Positions 39,101 through 51,272 of a stretch of DNA of 64,000 nucleotides are shown piece after piece. Source of the DNA: Azolla caroliniana (Eukaryota > Plantae > Polypodiophyta); the NCBI GenBank assembly GCA_043228905.1, contig JBHGNT010000009.1, forward strand, positions 6,510,001 to 6,574,000, written 5' to 3'. Made by a program: the position numbers and the translations under genes. Under the pieces are notes generated by a model that saw only the letters and a list, made by a program, of their open reading frames with translations, did not search any database and was not told where the DNA came from. Positions within the stretch are counted from its first letter, which is position 1. Each line of letters opens with the position of its first letter.

Positions 39101-40180
39101 CATCTCCTATGCCGGCAATCCGGCACGTACCTTCATTTCCCATCCGAACACAGCCATGCTCACCGACTGTGTAGGATGAGAAGTATCTTCTTTCCGGGGT
39201 CAGGTGGAACGACGCTCCGGAATCGACCACCCAGGTAGTCTCATCGCCGGCAATGTTTAGTTCACCTTCTTCGGTGATGAGCATGATCTCCTCTTCACTT
39301 GCCGCGAGTGCCGTCGTTCCTTTCCGGTCCTGCCCTCGCCGATCCGAACCATTCCGGTCCGTGGCTCCCCGGTAAGCACCGTTCCGTTCCGAAGACTTCT
39401 TCGAATCGGTGTCGTCGGCTCCGTTGTCTTTTCGGTAATGCCGACAATTCTTTCGGAAGTGCCCGGCTTCCCACAGTGGAAGCATGTGGGCCTTCCTCTT
39501 GACTGCGACCGGGTCCCCGACTTCTCCCGTCTTTGCGGACTCCGGTTCCGTTGTCTTCCCCGATCCGATTCGGTAAGCAGCATCTTCGGATCGGAGGCCG
39601 GTTCTTTATCTCTCCGACGCGCTTCTTCGTTCAAAATGCTTGTCTTTACCGTTTGTAGGGACAAGTTATCTTCGGTGCAGGAGGAGCTGAGAGTCACCAC
39701 CAAGTTCTCCCAGCTTTCCGGCAATGTACGCATCAGGATGATGGCTTGCATTGCATCCTCCAACGGGAACTTGATCGCCGCAAGCTGGTTCACGAATCCC
39801 ATGAACGTGCTTACGTGTTCCACCATACTCTCGCCGTCCCGGTACTTGAGGTTCACTATCTTCCTCATCAGGGAGGTCCGGTTCAACACATTCTTCCTCT
39901 CGTAGAGGCCCGACAGCTTCCGCCACATCTCATATGCGTTGGTGTCGTTCGCCACATGTTGTAGAACGCTCACGTCGACGTATTGCCGAATGGTTGCAAC
40001 GGCTTTCCGGTTCAGAAGCCTCCATTCCGTCTCAAGTGCCCCCTTGGGTATTTCCGACCTGTCGATCGGTTCATACAGGTCCCGAACAATGAGCAGATCC
40101 TCCATCTTTATCTTCCAGTCGGCGTAGTTCTGCGCAATCAGCACCATCATCCCCGGCTGCCCGCTGTTGCCGCCTTCCAT
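36108..40180 (-). CDS. Copia-D gag-pol polyprotein with a single frameshift at ~39470
   Basis: Gag ORF from ATG 40180. The knuckle CFHCGKPG|HFRKNC is split between frames. A 1125-aa ORF carries WVVDSGAS, integrase, YVDD RT and RNase H. Confidence 0.93.
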
Positions 40181-40211
40181 TTTCTGCACTGCAGTCGCTC
40201 TGATACCAGAT

Positions 40212-40774
40212 TGTTGGGTATTGACGCTTTCGAAACCTTCTTCTCTCGGCCACAACCGAGGAAACACGGATCAATGCAGCAGTAAATAGAAAACACAGAG
40301 AGAGACTCGAATGCACAGGGTTTATCGTGGAAAACCCTAGACGGGAAAAACCACGGGAGTGCAAGACTCCAACTATCAGTATACGCAGTGAATGTACAAT
40401 GGCGAGCTGCAAGGCGACGACCTTGAGCTCGCTGTCCTCGCCACAGGCGGCGGTATTACACAGAGGCGTCGACCTCTTCCTTTCTCTCTCTCTCACTCTA
40501 AATGGAAAACAGAGAAATGAGCAACAACAAAACTGTTTGCCCTAAGTCATATTTATACACATATGACTTTCGGGCTATTTACAAATATAGCCTCAAGGGC
40601 CCTTGGCAAACATATTCACAAATATGTCCCCGCATCCGGATCTCTCTCCGGGGTACATTCGTCATCCGGCTCCGTAGCCGGGGTCTTCATCATCCGGATC
40701 CGTAGCCGGGTACTCTTCATCCTTGCCGTCATTCATCTCCGGACATCCCATCCGGAGGGACCGAAATCCAAACA
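40212..40774 (-). repeat. 5' LTR of Copia-D (563 bp)
   Basis: TG...CA, adjacent to the PBS. Confidence 0.95.
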
Positions 40775-41579
40775 GGAGAAACAGCTAATTAGCTATTGAC
40801 AACTAATTAGCTACTGACAGCTATTTAGCGACTGACAGCTAATTAGCTACAGGCAGCTAATTAGCTGCATACGTAAGTAACTTATTACTTAGGTAAAAAA
40901 GTAAGAGAGTAAGTAAGTAAGAAATATACAGGAAGTAGAACTCTGAGAGGGAGAGTGAGGATAGAGAGAAAGAACTCAGAGAGTGAGAGCAGAAGAGAGA
41001 AACAGACGAGAGCAAGTAGAGCTCTGTGCGTAATGAAATAGAAGAAGTTTTTGGCTGCTACAGAGGTAAGTCTCCTTCCCCCTTCCCTTCTGTATTTGAG
41101 CACCAAACGATCTAGCACACCACGATCCGCCGCACACATAAGAAGAGCCCAAGTGCCTTCTTCACGTTTTCTTAACATGGTATCAGAGCGAGGTTGCTCA
41201 TAAAGAAGAGTACAGAAGTGCATAGAACTGAGAAAGGTATTTCCCTGGTTGCTGATCTGAATCAGAAAGTTACTTGTTGAAGTAATTGTAACAGAAACCC
41301 TAGTTTGGAAGAGATAATGGCTGCAAAGAATGCGGGCCAAATAGTTACAGAGAAACTAGATAAAAACAATTTCCCGACGTGGAAATTTAGAATGACGAAT
41401 TTCCTAATGGGGAAAGGATACTGGGATTACATTGAAGGAGACCTAGAAGAGGCTCCGGAGATCCCAGAAGAAAATGCCACAGTAGCACAGATTAAAGCCT
41501 TCAAAGATTGGAATCAAGGGGCAAGGAAGGTAATGCATTGGCTCTCACTTAGCATCTCAGATTCGATGCTTGGGCACAT

Positions 41580-44500
41580 CATAGTTCTAGCCATACGTCT
41601 CAAATGTGTCATACTCATACGTGAATATTCGTATCATACTCATACGTGAAATGGCTCCAAGTATGATTGGAATCCATTCGTCTATATTTATATTTATATT
41701 TATTTTTATTACTCTAAAAAAAATTTTAAAATATGAAAAATAAAAAATAATCAAGATTTTTATAAACAAAAATCAAGACCATAATTTCATTGAAAACTAA
41801 CAAAATAGCATCCAAAATTCTAAACATGAACCAAAATTTATCCAAAGTTCAAACTTCAAACATGAACATTAACCTAGAAAGTAGCTCTAAATTCATAGTA
41901 CTAATAGTTAATCTCATCTCTCTACTCTTGAGGTGCATTGTCAATGTTAACATCTTGCCCATCATCATCTTCTTCTTCGAAATCCTCATTAACCATAGTT
42001 GCATGTTGTCTTTGCAATACCAAAAGCCTATCATCATCTTCTTCTTTATTAATCATATCCAAAGTCACTTCTATACGGCATGAATCTCTTTGTTTGACTT
42101 TCTTTAATAGACGATGGTTTGTATGCAAGTATACCAGCTTCTCTATATGATCATGACTCAACCTATTTCTCCTCTTAGTGTGTATCAATGAAAAGGTACT
42201 CCAATTTCTCTCACATGGAGATGCACAAGTACCTTGAGAAAGCACTCGTATCGCAAGTTTACTTAAATTTGGGGTTTCTTCTCCAAATAATTCCCACCAC
42301 TTAACACCTTCTTTCATTCTAGTAGGATCATTTGAAGGTGGAAGTTGAAAAATACCCTTCTCTTTAGTTTTATAAGCATGATACTCATCTAATAAATTAC
42401 CTTGCATCTTAATGTCACCATTTGCATATCGCATAATGGTGTCTATCCAACTAGCATTCACCACATTATCAAAAACTTGAGAATTTTCCCACCAAATTGG
42501 ATGTAAGAGATATCCAATTGCATGTAATGGTGAATGTAACATTTTGCATCTATCCATGCATAATCCTCTAATTTCATCAAGCAACATGTTATTGATTCCT
42601 TGCATTTTATTTATTTCTTCTACCATTCGTCGTGTACATTCATATATCAACCCCGTTGTTGCACCTTCTCTATCCGCCAATCGCAACACTTTTAAAATTG
42701 GTGAGCATATTTCCACTATCATCTTTACATTTGACCAAAAGGAAGCATTCAATATTATCGAAACTACTTCTTCTGCTTGTTGCGTTTTAGATCCCTTCCA
42801 TTGGCACCATTCTTCGCTAACTACCATTCTTCTTAAACCACTATACACTCTATCATCCAACAAATTTGATAGCAGAATGAAACTATAAGCAAACCTTGTA
42901 GTAGAAGGCTTCAACAATTCCTTTTTACTAAACTTGCGAAACATTGCAAGCACATATAGCTTTCTTGTGATGAACGTAGTAACCTTCATACCTAATCTCA
43001 AAGCATCATTAACCCAAGCACATTTTCCTATATCCTCAAACAACAAATCAAGGCAATGACATGTGCATCGAGTAAAAAATATCATGGGCCACTCTTTCTC
43101 TATCATATGTCCCGCTGCCACACAATTTGATGCATTATCCATGCATACTTGCATAACATTTGTTGGGCCAATTTCAAGAATGGTAGCTTTTAGAATATTA
43201 AAGATATACTCCCCCGTTTTACATTCTCCACTTGTATCCACAGACCTCAAAAACACTGAACCAAACATTGATGAAGCTAGAACATTAATTATTGGCCTAT
43301 TTCTAGTATATGACCAACCATCACTGACTATAGTGCATCCATATATTTTCCATTTCTCTTTGATGCATGAAAGTTTATCTTCAACAATTTTTACTTCTTC
43401 ATCTAAGTGCCTCTTTCCCAATTGGAAAGAACTTGGTGGCTTATATGACGGACCAGCCTTTGCAATTGCTTGAACCATATCATGAAAAAAGGAACTATCA
43501 ACCTTAAGATGTGGAATATCCTCTACAAAAAAGAATCTTCTCACTGATTCATCGGCATTTTTATTCAAACTTTTTTGCCAAGAGATTTGTAGGGATCCAC
43601 TAGAATTCTCAATTGTCCTCTTCTTACATGATGAAGATGACATGTCAACTACAGATGCACAAGTAGATGGCACAACATTGGCATTAGATGTACTTATATC
43701 GACATTATTCTCACTTTCTATAATAGAATTTTCATTAGCATTAATATTTTCATGAGCATCCACATCCGATACTAATTTTTGTATCTCATCTTTTATTGCT
43801 CCAGTGACTTTGCGGCATTTATCCACACCTTGTCCTTTTAGCCCCAAAAGATGGGCTTTAATTCGGTGTGGACCACCAGCAAACACGTGTTTGCAATATT
43901 TGCATTCATTTATATGCATTCCTTTATTGTTTCTCTTCACGACAGTAATGTGGTCCCATAAAAAGCTCTTTTGTTTGCCCATACTACAATCACATTAATT
44001 TATAAATCAACAATTTAGGAAGTGAGTTAACAAATCTACAATCACGTTGATATTAATATATAAAAGAACATTAGAAAACTACAATTACATTGATTTAATA
44101 AAACTACAATCCTTTTGAGGTGCTTTTCCTTCTCAGAGTTTATTAAGTTCTATTCGATTTCGGGCAACATTGCCTCAATATAATTCATTTCTATGTCACT
44201 TTCTATGTTACTTTCTATCTTATGTTTCAAATTTCAATATCAAAAATTTCTATGGCTAAAAGCCAAAAGGTTCAATGGTGATTATCTCTCTCCAAAGGCC
44301 AAATTTCAATTAGATGAAAACATGAACAACTAGTTAAATTCTCTACATTATTACGAATCCTATATGGCCAAGAGGTATTACTTTTCAGCACACTATGACC
44401 TTCTCAATCCCATGAAAGACAAATCACAAACCTAAGACAAAGATGCATCATGCAATTTGTTGTTTCTCTTCCTCTTTCAATTATTCGATTAAAAAAACCA

Positions 44501-45306
44501 AAAAAATGGGTAGTGAAGGGGCGGGGAAGGGCGACATGTCTAGTTTTCTTATCCCTTGCATCCATTATTTGAGAAAAACATGCATTTGTAGTATGTACAA
44601 CCTGAAATTAAAGCTGATTTGCACATACAAACATCCATAATTCCATAATCTCATTTAGTGTTTTATGAGTTCTTGGGTTTTTGTTAAGATTTTGAGGGTT
44701 TTTTCCCAAATTTTCGTTTTAGGGTTTGATCTCATGCTCATTGAATGATTTAACAATTGTATAGACATTAGAAATACATGAATTCAGGATAACAATTTAC
44801 CTTTACGCTTCCAAGAAGAATCAAACGAGACAAATCGGTAAGGCGGCAAGTTGTAGGCGGCACGCGGGTGAGCGGGAATCAGGATTCGGGATTCGGGATT
44901 CGGGATTTGGGAATCAGAAATTAGAAATTAGAAATCAGCCTGTTCGTTTTGTCCTTCATAGAAATCTGATTTTCACTCAAAGCTCTCGATTCTCTTCACG
45001 ATTTTCTCCTCACAGAAATCTGATTTTCACTCAAAGCTCTCGATTCTCTACGATCAACTGAGGACTCTCGATTCTCAGACTCTCAAACTCTCAAACTCTC
45101 AGAGACTCAGACTCATCACTCGTCACTGCTCAGTGCTCAGTGCTCACAACGCAACGACGCATCAGAAAAAACCCCCCAAAAAAACACCCAAAAAACCCCC
45201 CCCAAAAAAAAAAAAACCCAAACGAATATCGCGTATCATACGCGTACGTTTGCAAACGTTCGTGTACGTCCAATAAATTGGACGTACGCGAATATTAGGA
45301 ACTATG
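41580..45306 (-). mobile_element. Autonomous-looking hAT DNA transposon (3.73 kb)
   Basis: TIR CATAGTTC / GAACTATG and a perfect 8-bp TSD GGGCACAT (41572-41579 / 45307-45314) within Copia-C gag. Confidence 0.96.
41922..43982 (-). CDS. hAT transposase (BED zinc finger, DUF659-type catalytic region, hAT dimerisation domain), 686 aa, intact
   Basis: CKYC...HL...C BED finger; IVSDGWS, CMDNAS, CTCHCLDL, WWELFG, ASPCERNWSTF, RNRL. Confidence 0.95.
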   Translation of the reverse strand: MGKQKSFLWDHITVVKRNNKGMHINECKYCKHVFAGGPHRIKAHLLGLKGQGVDKCRKVTGAIKDEIQKLVSDVDAHENINANENSIIESENNVDISTSNANVVPSTCASVVDMSSSSCKKRTIENSSGSLQISWQKSLNKNADESVRRFFFVEDIPHLKVDSSFFHDMVQAIAKAGPSYKPPSSFQLGKRHLDEEVKIVEDKLSCIKEKWKIYGCTIVSDGWSYTRNRPIINVLASSMFGSVFLRSVDTSGECKTGEYIFNILKATILEIGPTNVMQVCMDNASNCVAAGHMIEKEWPMIFFTRCTCHCLDLLFEDIGKCAWVNDALRLGMKVTTFITRKLYVLAMFRKFSKKELLKPSTTRFAYSFILLSNLLDDRVYSGLRRMVVSEEWCQWKGSKTQQAEEVVSIILNASFWSNVKMIVEICSPILKVLRLADREGATTGLIYECTRRMVEEINKMQGINNMLLDEIRGLCMDRCKMLHSPLHAIGYLLHPIWWENSQVFDNVVNASWIDTIMRYANGDIKMQGNLLDEYHAYKTKEKGIFQLPPSNDPTRMKEGVKWWELFGEETPNLSKLAIRVLSQGTCASPCERNWSTFSLIHTKRRNRLSHDHIEKLVYLHTNHRLLKKVKQRDSCRIEVTLDMINKEEDDDRLLVLQRQHATMVNEDFEEEDDDGQDVNIDNAPQE

Positions 45307-48300
45307 GGGCACATACATGATGTTATGCTCCCAAAAGAAGCTTGGGACAATTTGGTAAAACTGTTTGCAGTAAACACAAAAGCTAGAAAGCTACAGTTGA
45401 AGACTGAGCTAAATACCTTAGAAAAAGGTAAGATGTCAATAAATGAGTATGCTTTGAAAATAAAGAGCATATGTGAATCACTTGCTTCAATCAATGTAAA
45501 GATAGAAGATGATGATAAGGTAGAAATATGCTTGAGAGGCTTAGGACCTCAATACAAAAGCTTTAAAACCTCTATGCTTACAAGGGATAGTATCCCAAGT
45601 TTTCCAGATCTGGTTTCAATGCTTGTAGTAGAAGAAAGGAATCAGATGGATGATGTAAATAAAGGAAATCTTGAGAATGAGGGGCAAGCCCTATATAATA
45701 GTGCTGGAAGAGGCCGAGGAAGAGGCCATGGAAGATTTGTCTCAGCAAGAACCCACAATAATGGTTATCAAGGAAGAGGACAACAAACCATTAGAGGAAG
45801 AAACAACAACAGAGGCAGGGGGAGCAACCAAGGTAAAGGTAAGCAAACATATGTAAATGATGATGGTTGTTGGTATTGTGGAAAACTAGGCCACACACAG
45901 GCTGAATGTTACAAGAAGCAAAATGATGAGCAAAGAGGAAAGAGACAGCAGAATAATTATGCCCAAACTAGTGAAGATTGTGAAAAAGATGGTGCATTTG
46001 TGGTACAACATGAGATAGCAGCAGTGGCTAAAAGCTCACAAAAATGTAATGAAGAGTTTACATGGTATGTAGACTCGGGGGCATCTAACCATATGACTGG
46101 ACATGCAAACTGGTTTGAAAGGTTAAGAGAACCAGAGATTCCTGGCTATGTACAAACGGGTGATAATAGTACTCACCAAATAGAATATGTTGGAGATATC
46201 CCATTGTGGGAAGAAAAAGGAAAGACTAAGTCTATGTTGAATGTAATGCATGTTCCAAATCTTGCTAAGAATCTGATTTCTGTTGGACAGATAGTAGAGC
46301 AAGGTATGCAAGTAAAGTTTAAGCAAAGTGGATGCTATATAGAAAAGAATGGGAAGCTCATTGCAAAAGGAAAACGACAAGGAAGAATGTTTATTTTGGA
46401 TGTTGACATGCCTAGACAGATTTCAGCTATGTTTGCAAAAGGAATGAGTGTAGTCTCAGATGTGGAAATGTGGCATAAAAGGATTGGCCACATAAGTATG
46501 CAAACCCTAAAGAATATGTTGAGAAAAGATGTAGTGGCTGGACTGCCAAAACTGAAAAATTGTGAAATGGGAAAGATATGTGAAGCATGTCAATATGGAA
46601 AGCAAAATAGGTTGCCATTCCCTCATGAAAGACATGTAAGTAAAAATCTGTTGGATTTGGTACATACGGATGTATGGGGACCAACTAAGAATGCATCTAT
46701 CTGTGGCTGCAGATTTTATGTAACTTTTATTGATGATTGCTCAAGCAAAACATGGGTGTACTTCATGAAAGAGAAAAGTGAAGTGTTTGAATGTTTTCGT
46801 TAAGTTTAAATGCATGGTAGAAAAGCAGGCAGGTACAAGAATAAAATGTTTAAGGTCTGATGGAGGAGGAGAGTATTTCTCCAATGAATTTTCTGATTTT
46901 CTATGCAATCAGGGAATAAGAAGACAGTTCACATGTAGATATACTCCACAACAAAATGGAGTTGCTGAGAGGAAAAACAGAACATTGGTGAACATTGCAA
47001 GGGCTTTGATGACAGAGAAGAATATGCCATTGTACTATTGGGCAGAAGCTGTAAATACAACAAATTATATTCTAAATAGATGTATAACATCGGGAGTACA
47101 TGAAGCAACTCCTGAAGAGTGTTTCTATGGAAGGAAACCTAGCTTAGAACACTTAAAAGTGTTTGGATGCCTTGTATATGTACATGTGCCTGTAGAAGTA
47201 AGAAGTAAGCTGGATCCAAAAGCAGAAAAATGTATTTTTGTTGGCTATTCAAAAGAACAAAAAGGGTATAGATGCTATAACCCTGTAACAAAGAAGATTG
47301 TGACAAGTAGGGATGTAATCGTTGATGAGTTAGCTAGTTGGTACAGTCCAAAACAGAATCCAGAGACTGATGAAGATAGTGAGATTGAAGACAGAGACAA
47401 ATCTGAAAATGTAGAAGACTGCCACAGAGATGGAAGCAAGGTTGGACAGCAAGGTCCAACATCAACAGAATGTTCTAGACCATCAAAAAGCTCAGATGGT
47501 AAATCTGATTCGAATTCTTGGAGTGGAAAAAGTGGAGGACACAAAAAATGTGATGATAAAAAAGGAAAACAGAAAATGCCAGAGTATGAAATGTTGGATG
47601 ACTTGTCTAAAAACATGGAAGATGAGGATTTAGATCTGTCATTGGATGATCTTCTTGGTATAAGAGGATTGAAAATCCCTGGTATGGAAAAAGCATTGAA
47701 GGATGCAAATCAGAAACTGAGAAGATCAGATAGAGAGAAAAAAACTGTTGAAAGATTTGGTTATGAAACATATATGGCTATGCATTATGCATATATGTCT
47801 AAGGTGGTACAGATCCTTGATCCAAGTAGTTTTGATGAGGCTAAAACTGAGAAGAAATGGGTGGATGCAATGCGAGAAGAGATTGATGCATTGGCTGAAA
47901 ACAGAACATGGGATTTGGTGAAGTTACCAAAAGGAAAAAATGTGGTAGGTTGCAAATGGGTCTACAAGACAAAGCATGATTCCAGTGGGAATGTAAGTAG
48001 ACATAAAGCAAGATTGGTTGCAAAGGGATATGCCCAAATGCAAGGAATTGATTATGATGAGACATTTGCACCGGTTGCAAAGATGGCAACATTGAGGACA
48101 TTACTGGCTGTAGGTGCAGCCAGAAGATGGTTTCTTCATTATATGGATGTAAACAATGCCTTCTTACATGGTAACTTGGAAGAAGAAGTGTATATGTGTC
48201 AACCACCAGGTTTTGAAGATAGGAAGCATCTAGATTATGTATGTAAGCTGAAAAAGGTTCTCTATGGATTGAAACAGGCACCAAGAACATGGCACAGAGA

Positions 48301-49420
48301 ACTTTCAGATTATCTGAAAAAACTTGACTTCAAAATGTCAAAGGCTGATTCATCATTGTATGTTAAAAGGAAAGATGATTGTATTGCTGTGATTCTGATT
48401 TATGTTGATGATCTCATCATTGGAGGTGATTTCATGGATGAAATAAGTAAGTTGAAAAGAAATTTGGAAATGAAATTTCATATGAAAGATTTGGGAGATT
48501 TGAGATATTTTTTGGGTATTGAAATCATCAGATCTGAAAGTGGTATATTTGTGTTGCAAAGACAATATGCAACAACTATGTTGAAAAAGTATGGTATGCT
48601 TGGATGCAAACCTATTGGAGTACCACTAGATAAAAACTGCAAATTGAGGGCTGATTTGGGAGCCAAAATAGAAGATGTAAACATGTACAGGTCTATGGTG
48701 GGAAACCTTATTTATTTGACCATAACAAGACCTGATTTGAGTTATGCAGTTGGATTAGTCAGCCAATTTATGCAATAGCCAACAAAGCCGCATTTGGATT
48801 GCATTAGAAGAATTCTGAGGTATGTAAAAGGTACTCAGAACTATGGATTGTTTTACAGGGCTGGTTTTGACATAAATCTGGAAGGATATACAGATGTTGA
48901 TGGGGTTGGAAGCCAAGCAGATAGAAGATCCACAAGTGGATATATATTTACATTGGGAAGTGCAGGTATTTCATGGAGTAGCAAGAAACAAGCTATTGTT
49001 GCATTGTCTAGTACTGAAGCTGAGTACAGAGGAGCTGCCATAGCCACTTGTGAAGAGGTATGGATCAGAAGATTGCTTGCTGATTTGGGAGAGTATATAG
49101 ATGGTACTGTCACAATTTGGTGTGACAACATGAGCAGCATTCAGCTTGCAAAAAACCCAGTGTTCCATGCAAGAACAAAGCACATTGAAGTGCATTATCA
49201 CTTTGTTAGAGAAAAAGTGATTGAAGGAGAAGTTGATCTGGTGTGTGTGAATACAAATCAGCAGGTTGCTAATATTCTCACAAAGGGATTGAGTGTGGAA
49301 AAGCATACACAATTTTGGAACATGATGGGAGTTGTAGACACTGATATGATGGCTGAAAAGCATCATGGAAAAGAAGTGGTAGATAACCCCAAGAAAGGAT
49401 AAGTTGAGCTTGAGGGGGAG

Positions 49421-49888
49421 TGTTGAGAAGCAAGCTCAACATGGTATGTGATGCTTATTAGGAAATAAGATATAGTAGCTATTTAGCTACTTGTGAACAT
49501 AAAGGAGAAACGGTTAATTAGCTACTGACAGCTATTTAGCGACTGACAGCTAATTAGCTACAGGCAGCTAATTAGCTGCATACGTAAGTAACTTATTACT
49601 TAGGTAAAAAAGTAAGAGAGTAAGTAAGTAAGAAATATACAGGAAGTAGAACTCTGAGAGGGAGAGTGAGGATAGAGAGAAAGAACTCAGAGAGTGAGAG
49701 CAGAAGAGAGAAACAGACGAGAGCAAGTAGAGCTCTGCGCGTAATGAAATAGAAGAAGTTTTTGGCTGCTACAGAGGTAAGTCTCCTTCCCCCTTCCCTT
49801 CTGTGTTTGAGCACCAAACGATCTAGCACACCACGATCCGCCGCGCACATAAGAAGAGCCCAAGTGCCTTCTTCACATTTTCTTAACA
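49421..49888 (+). repeat. 3' LTR of Copia-C (468 bp)
   Basis: Matches 35422-35509 plus 40780-41177 with ~6-7 substitutions and one fewer 18-bp unit. Confidence 0.95.
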
Positions 49889-49893
49889 CACAT

Positions 49894-51003
49894 TATCCAG
49901 GACTGACTCTAGAAGGCACATCATCATATGGAAGGGTTCCAGACAAAACTCCATGACATGCTTCGCTCCTGACAAGAGGAAATGGATCGACTCAATGGTC
50001 AGCTTACTCGCCTCAAAATATATTTTAATAGGAAACAAAGAATGATCAATGACCTCCAAGCAACTTTGAAAACACAAGAGGAGTTAGATAAGAAGCACAT
50101 AGCTACATTCAAAGCTGAAAAGGAGGAAATGACTCAACGTTATAAATAGCTTGCTAATAAGTATGAGCAGGTGCGAAATGCACTCGTAGTGGCAGAAGCA
50201 AAAGTGATGTTCTAGCACGACTTCGCGGCAAGTCGACAAGAAGAGCTAAAAAATGAAATCAGTGCTTTAAAGTATCAGCTTAGGATGGGAGAGGAAAAGG
50301 TGCAAGCTATCTTGAACAAACGAAAGCAAAAGATGCATCAGGCCATCACAAAGGCTCTGGACAACTATTGGAAGTAGTGGTAAGCTCAAGTAGCTGAATT
50401 ACAATTATCAAGGGTCGACCATGAGAACAGGAAAACGCAGGGTCAAGGATTTTTCAAGATGGATAAGGCGAGCATAACCACACTACGGGACGAGCTGGCC
50501 GGAGATATATATGAATTAATGGCGCACCACAAGGAAGAACTCAACAAGTTGCTGGAAGAATATGACGACCAGCGGATTACACTCACTCTAGACCTTGATG
50601 CCTATGAAAAGGAATGCCGACAACAAGAGAGGCAACAAGAAGCAATGAAGGCTAAGGATGAGGTAATGGAGCAACTAGGACAAGAGTCGGAGTTGGAGTC
50701 GGACCAAGACACAACGGAGTAGGAGTCGGGCCAAACCAAAGGAATCAACGAGGAGTCACGACAAGCACACCTGGATCAAGAGAGAGAGGCAAAGTTGACA
50801 TTGCGAACTAATAGAACACAACTAGAAGATCAGCCAGCTCCGAATGACACTAAAGATGAAGAAGATGAGGAGCCCAATCTGTTGGACGTTCTAAATGAGG
50901 ACAACGACGATGAGGAGCTCAAGGAAGAAGACCACAACAATGATAATGATGACCCGAACAATGACCAGGAGGATGAGGATGATGAAGCAAATGACCAGGA
51001 CTA
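49894..51003 (+). pseudogene. Gypsy-E extra ORF, 3' part (coiled-coil plus acidic tail)
   Basis: The frame continues across the Copia-C TSD (KVHI|IQD*L*KAHHHMEGFQTKL...) and ends in a D/E-rich tail. Confidence 0.6.
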
Positions 51004-51099
51004 AGTTTTGGGGTTCGGTTGTGCTAGGCATTGTCCCATGGGCGGGCCATGTGTTAGCCAGTCACCTAGCCGAATTACACTAGTTCGAGTTCGAGTCGG

Positions 51100-51249
51100 A
51101 GACGCATCACTATGCGTACTTGATGAAAGTGGTAGAAGTGTGTGAGCTAGAGAGCTATGCAGAAGAGGAAAAAGACACAAATTGGTGTGCCGCAATGCAG
51201 GATGAGATGTGAGCGCTCATGGAGAATGAGACTTGGACCTGGTTGATGC
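51100..51249 (+). mobile_element. Short Copia remnant (pre-RT region), same lineage as Copia-A/B/C
   Basis: HHYAYLMKVVEVCELESYAEEEKDTNWCAAMQDEM*ALMENET matches MAHHYAYMTKVAEVREPESYAEAAKDAN of Copia-B. Confidence 0.8.
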
Positions 51250-51272
51250 CATTGGCAATTCGGTCCCTCCGG

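Larger units (their letters stand above)
35510..40774 (-). mobile_element. Full-length young Ty1/Copia element D (Tnt1/Tork-like) in the 5' LTR of Copia-C
   Basis: TSD GGAGA (35505-35509 / 40775-40779). LTRs 35510-36097 and 40212-40774, PBS Met 40197-40208, PPT 36098-36110. Confidence 0.97.
41317..49402 (+). pseudogene. Copia-C gag-pol, disrupted by the hAT insertion, a frameshift (~46797) and a stop (48776)
   Basis: MAAKNAGQIVTEKLDKNNF..., resuming at 45315; CWYCGKLGHTQAEC, WYVDSGAS, integrase, YVDD, RNase H. Confidence 0.93.
35422..49888 (+). mobile_element. Full-length Ty1/Copia element C (contains Copia-D and a hAT)
   Basis: TSD CACAT (35417-35421 / 49889-49893). 5' LTR 35422-41177 split by Copia-D, PBS TGGTATCAGAGC 41178-41189, PPT to 49420, 3' LTR 49421-49888. 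Confidence 0.96.
28818..51099 (+). mobile_element. Old Ty3/Gypsy element E (Athila/Tat-like non-chromovirus), host of Copia-C; ends approximate
   Basis: LTR end ...ttcccaaca 29104 followed by a tRNA-Met PBS, decayed pol 29860-33409, and an extra ORF split by Copia-C. The 5' LTR start is uncertain and the 3' LTR is absent. Confidence 0.8.

Noticed and set aside
39460-39485. Programmed frameshift in Copia-D
   Set aside because: The shift falls inside the zinc knuckle, and the related Copia-F reads through this motif in one frame, so it is a 1-bp deletion or a sequencing error.
36213-39905. Numerous antisense ORFs over Copia-D (likewise over Copia-B and Gypsy-B)
   Set aside because: Shadow ORFs expected opposite GC-rich coding sequence.
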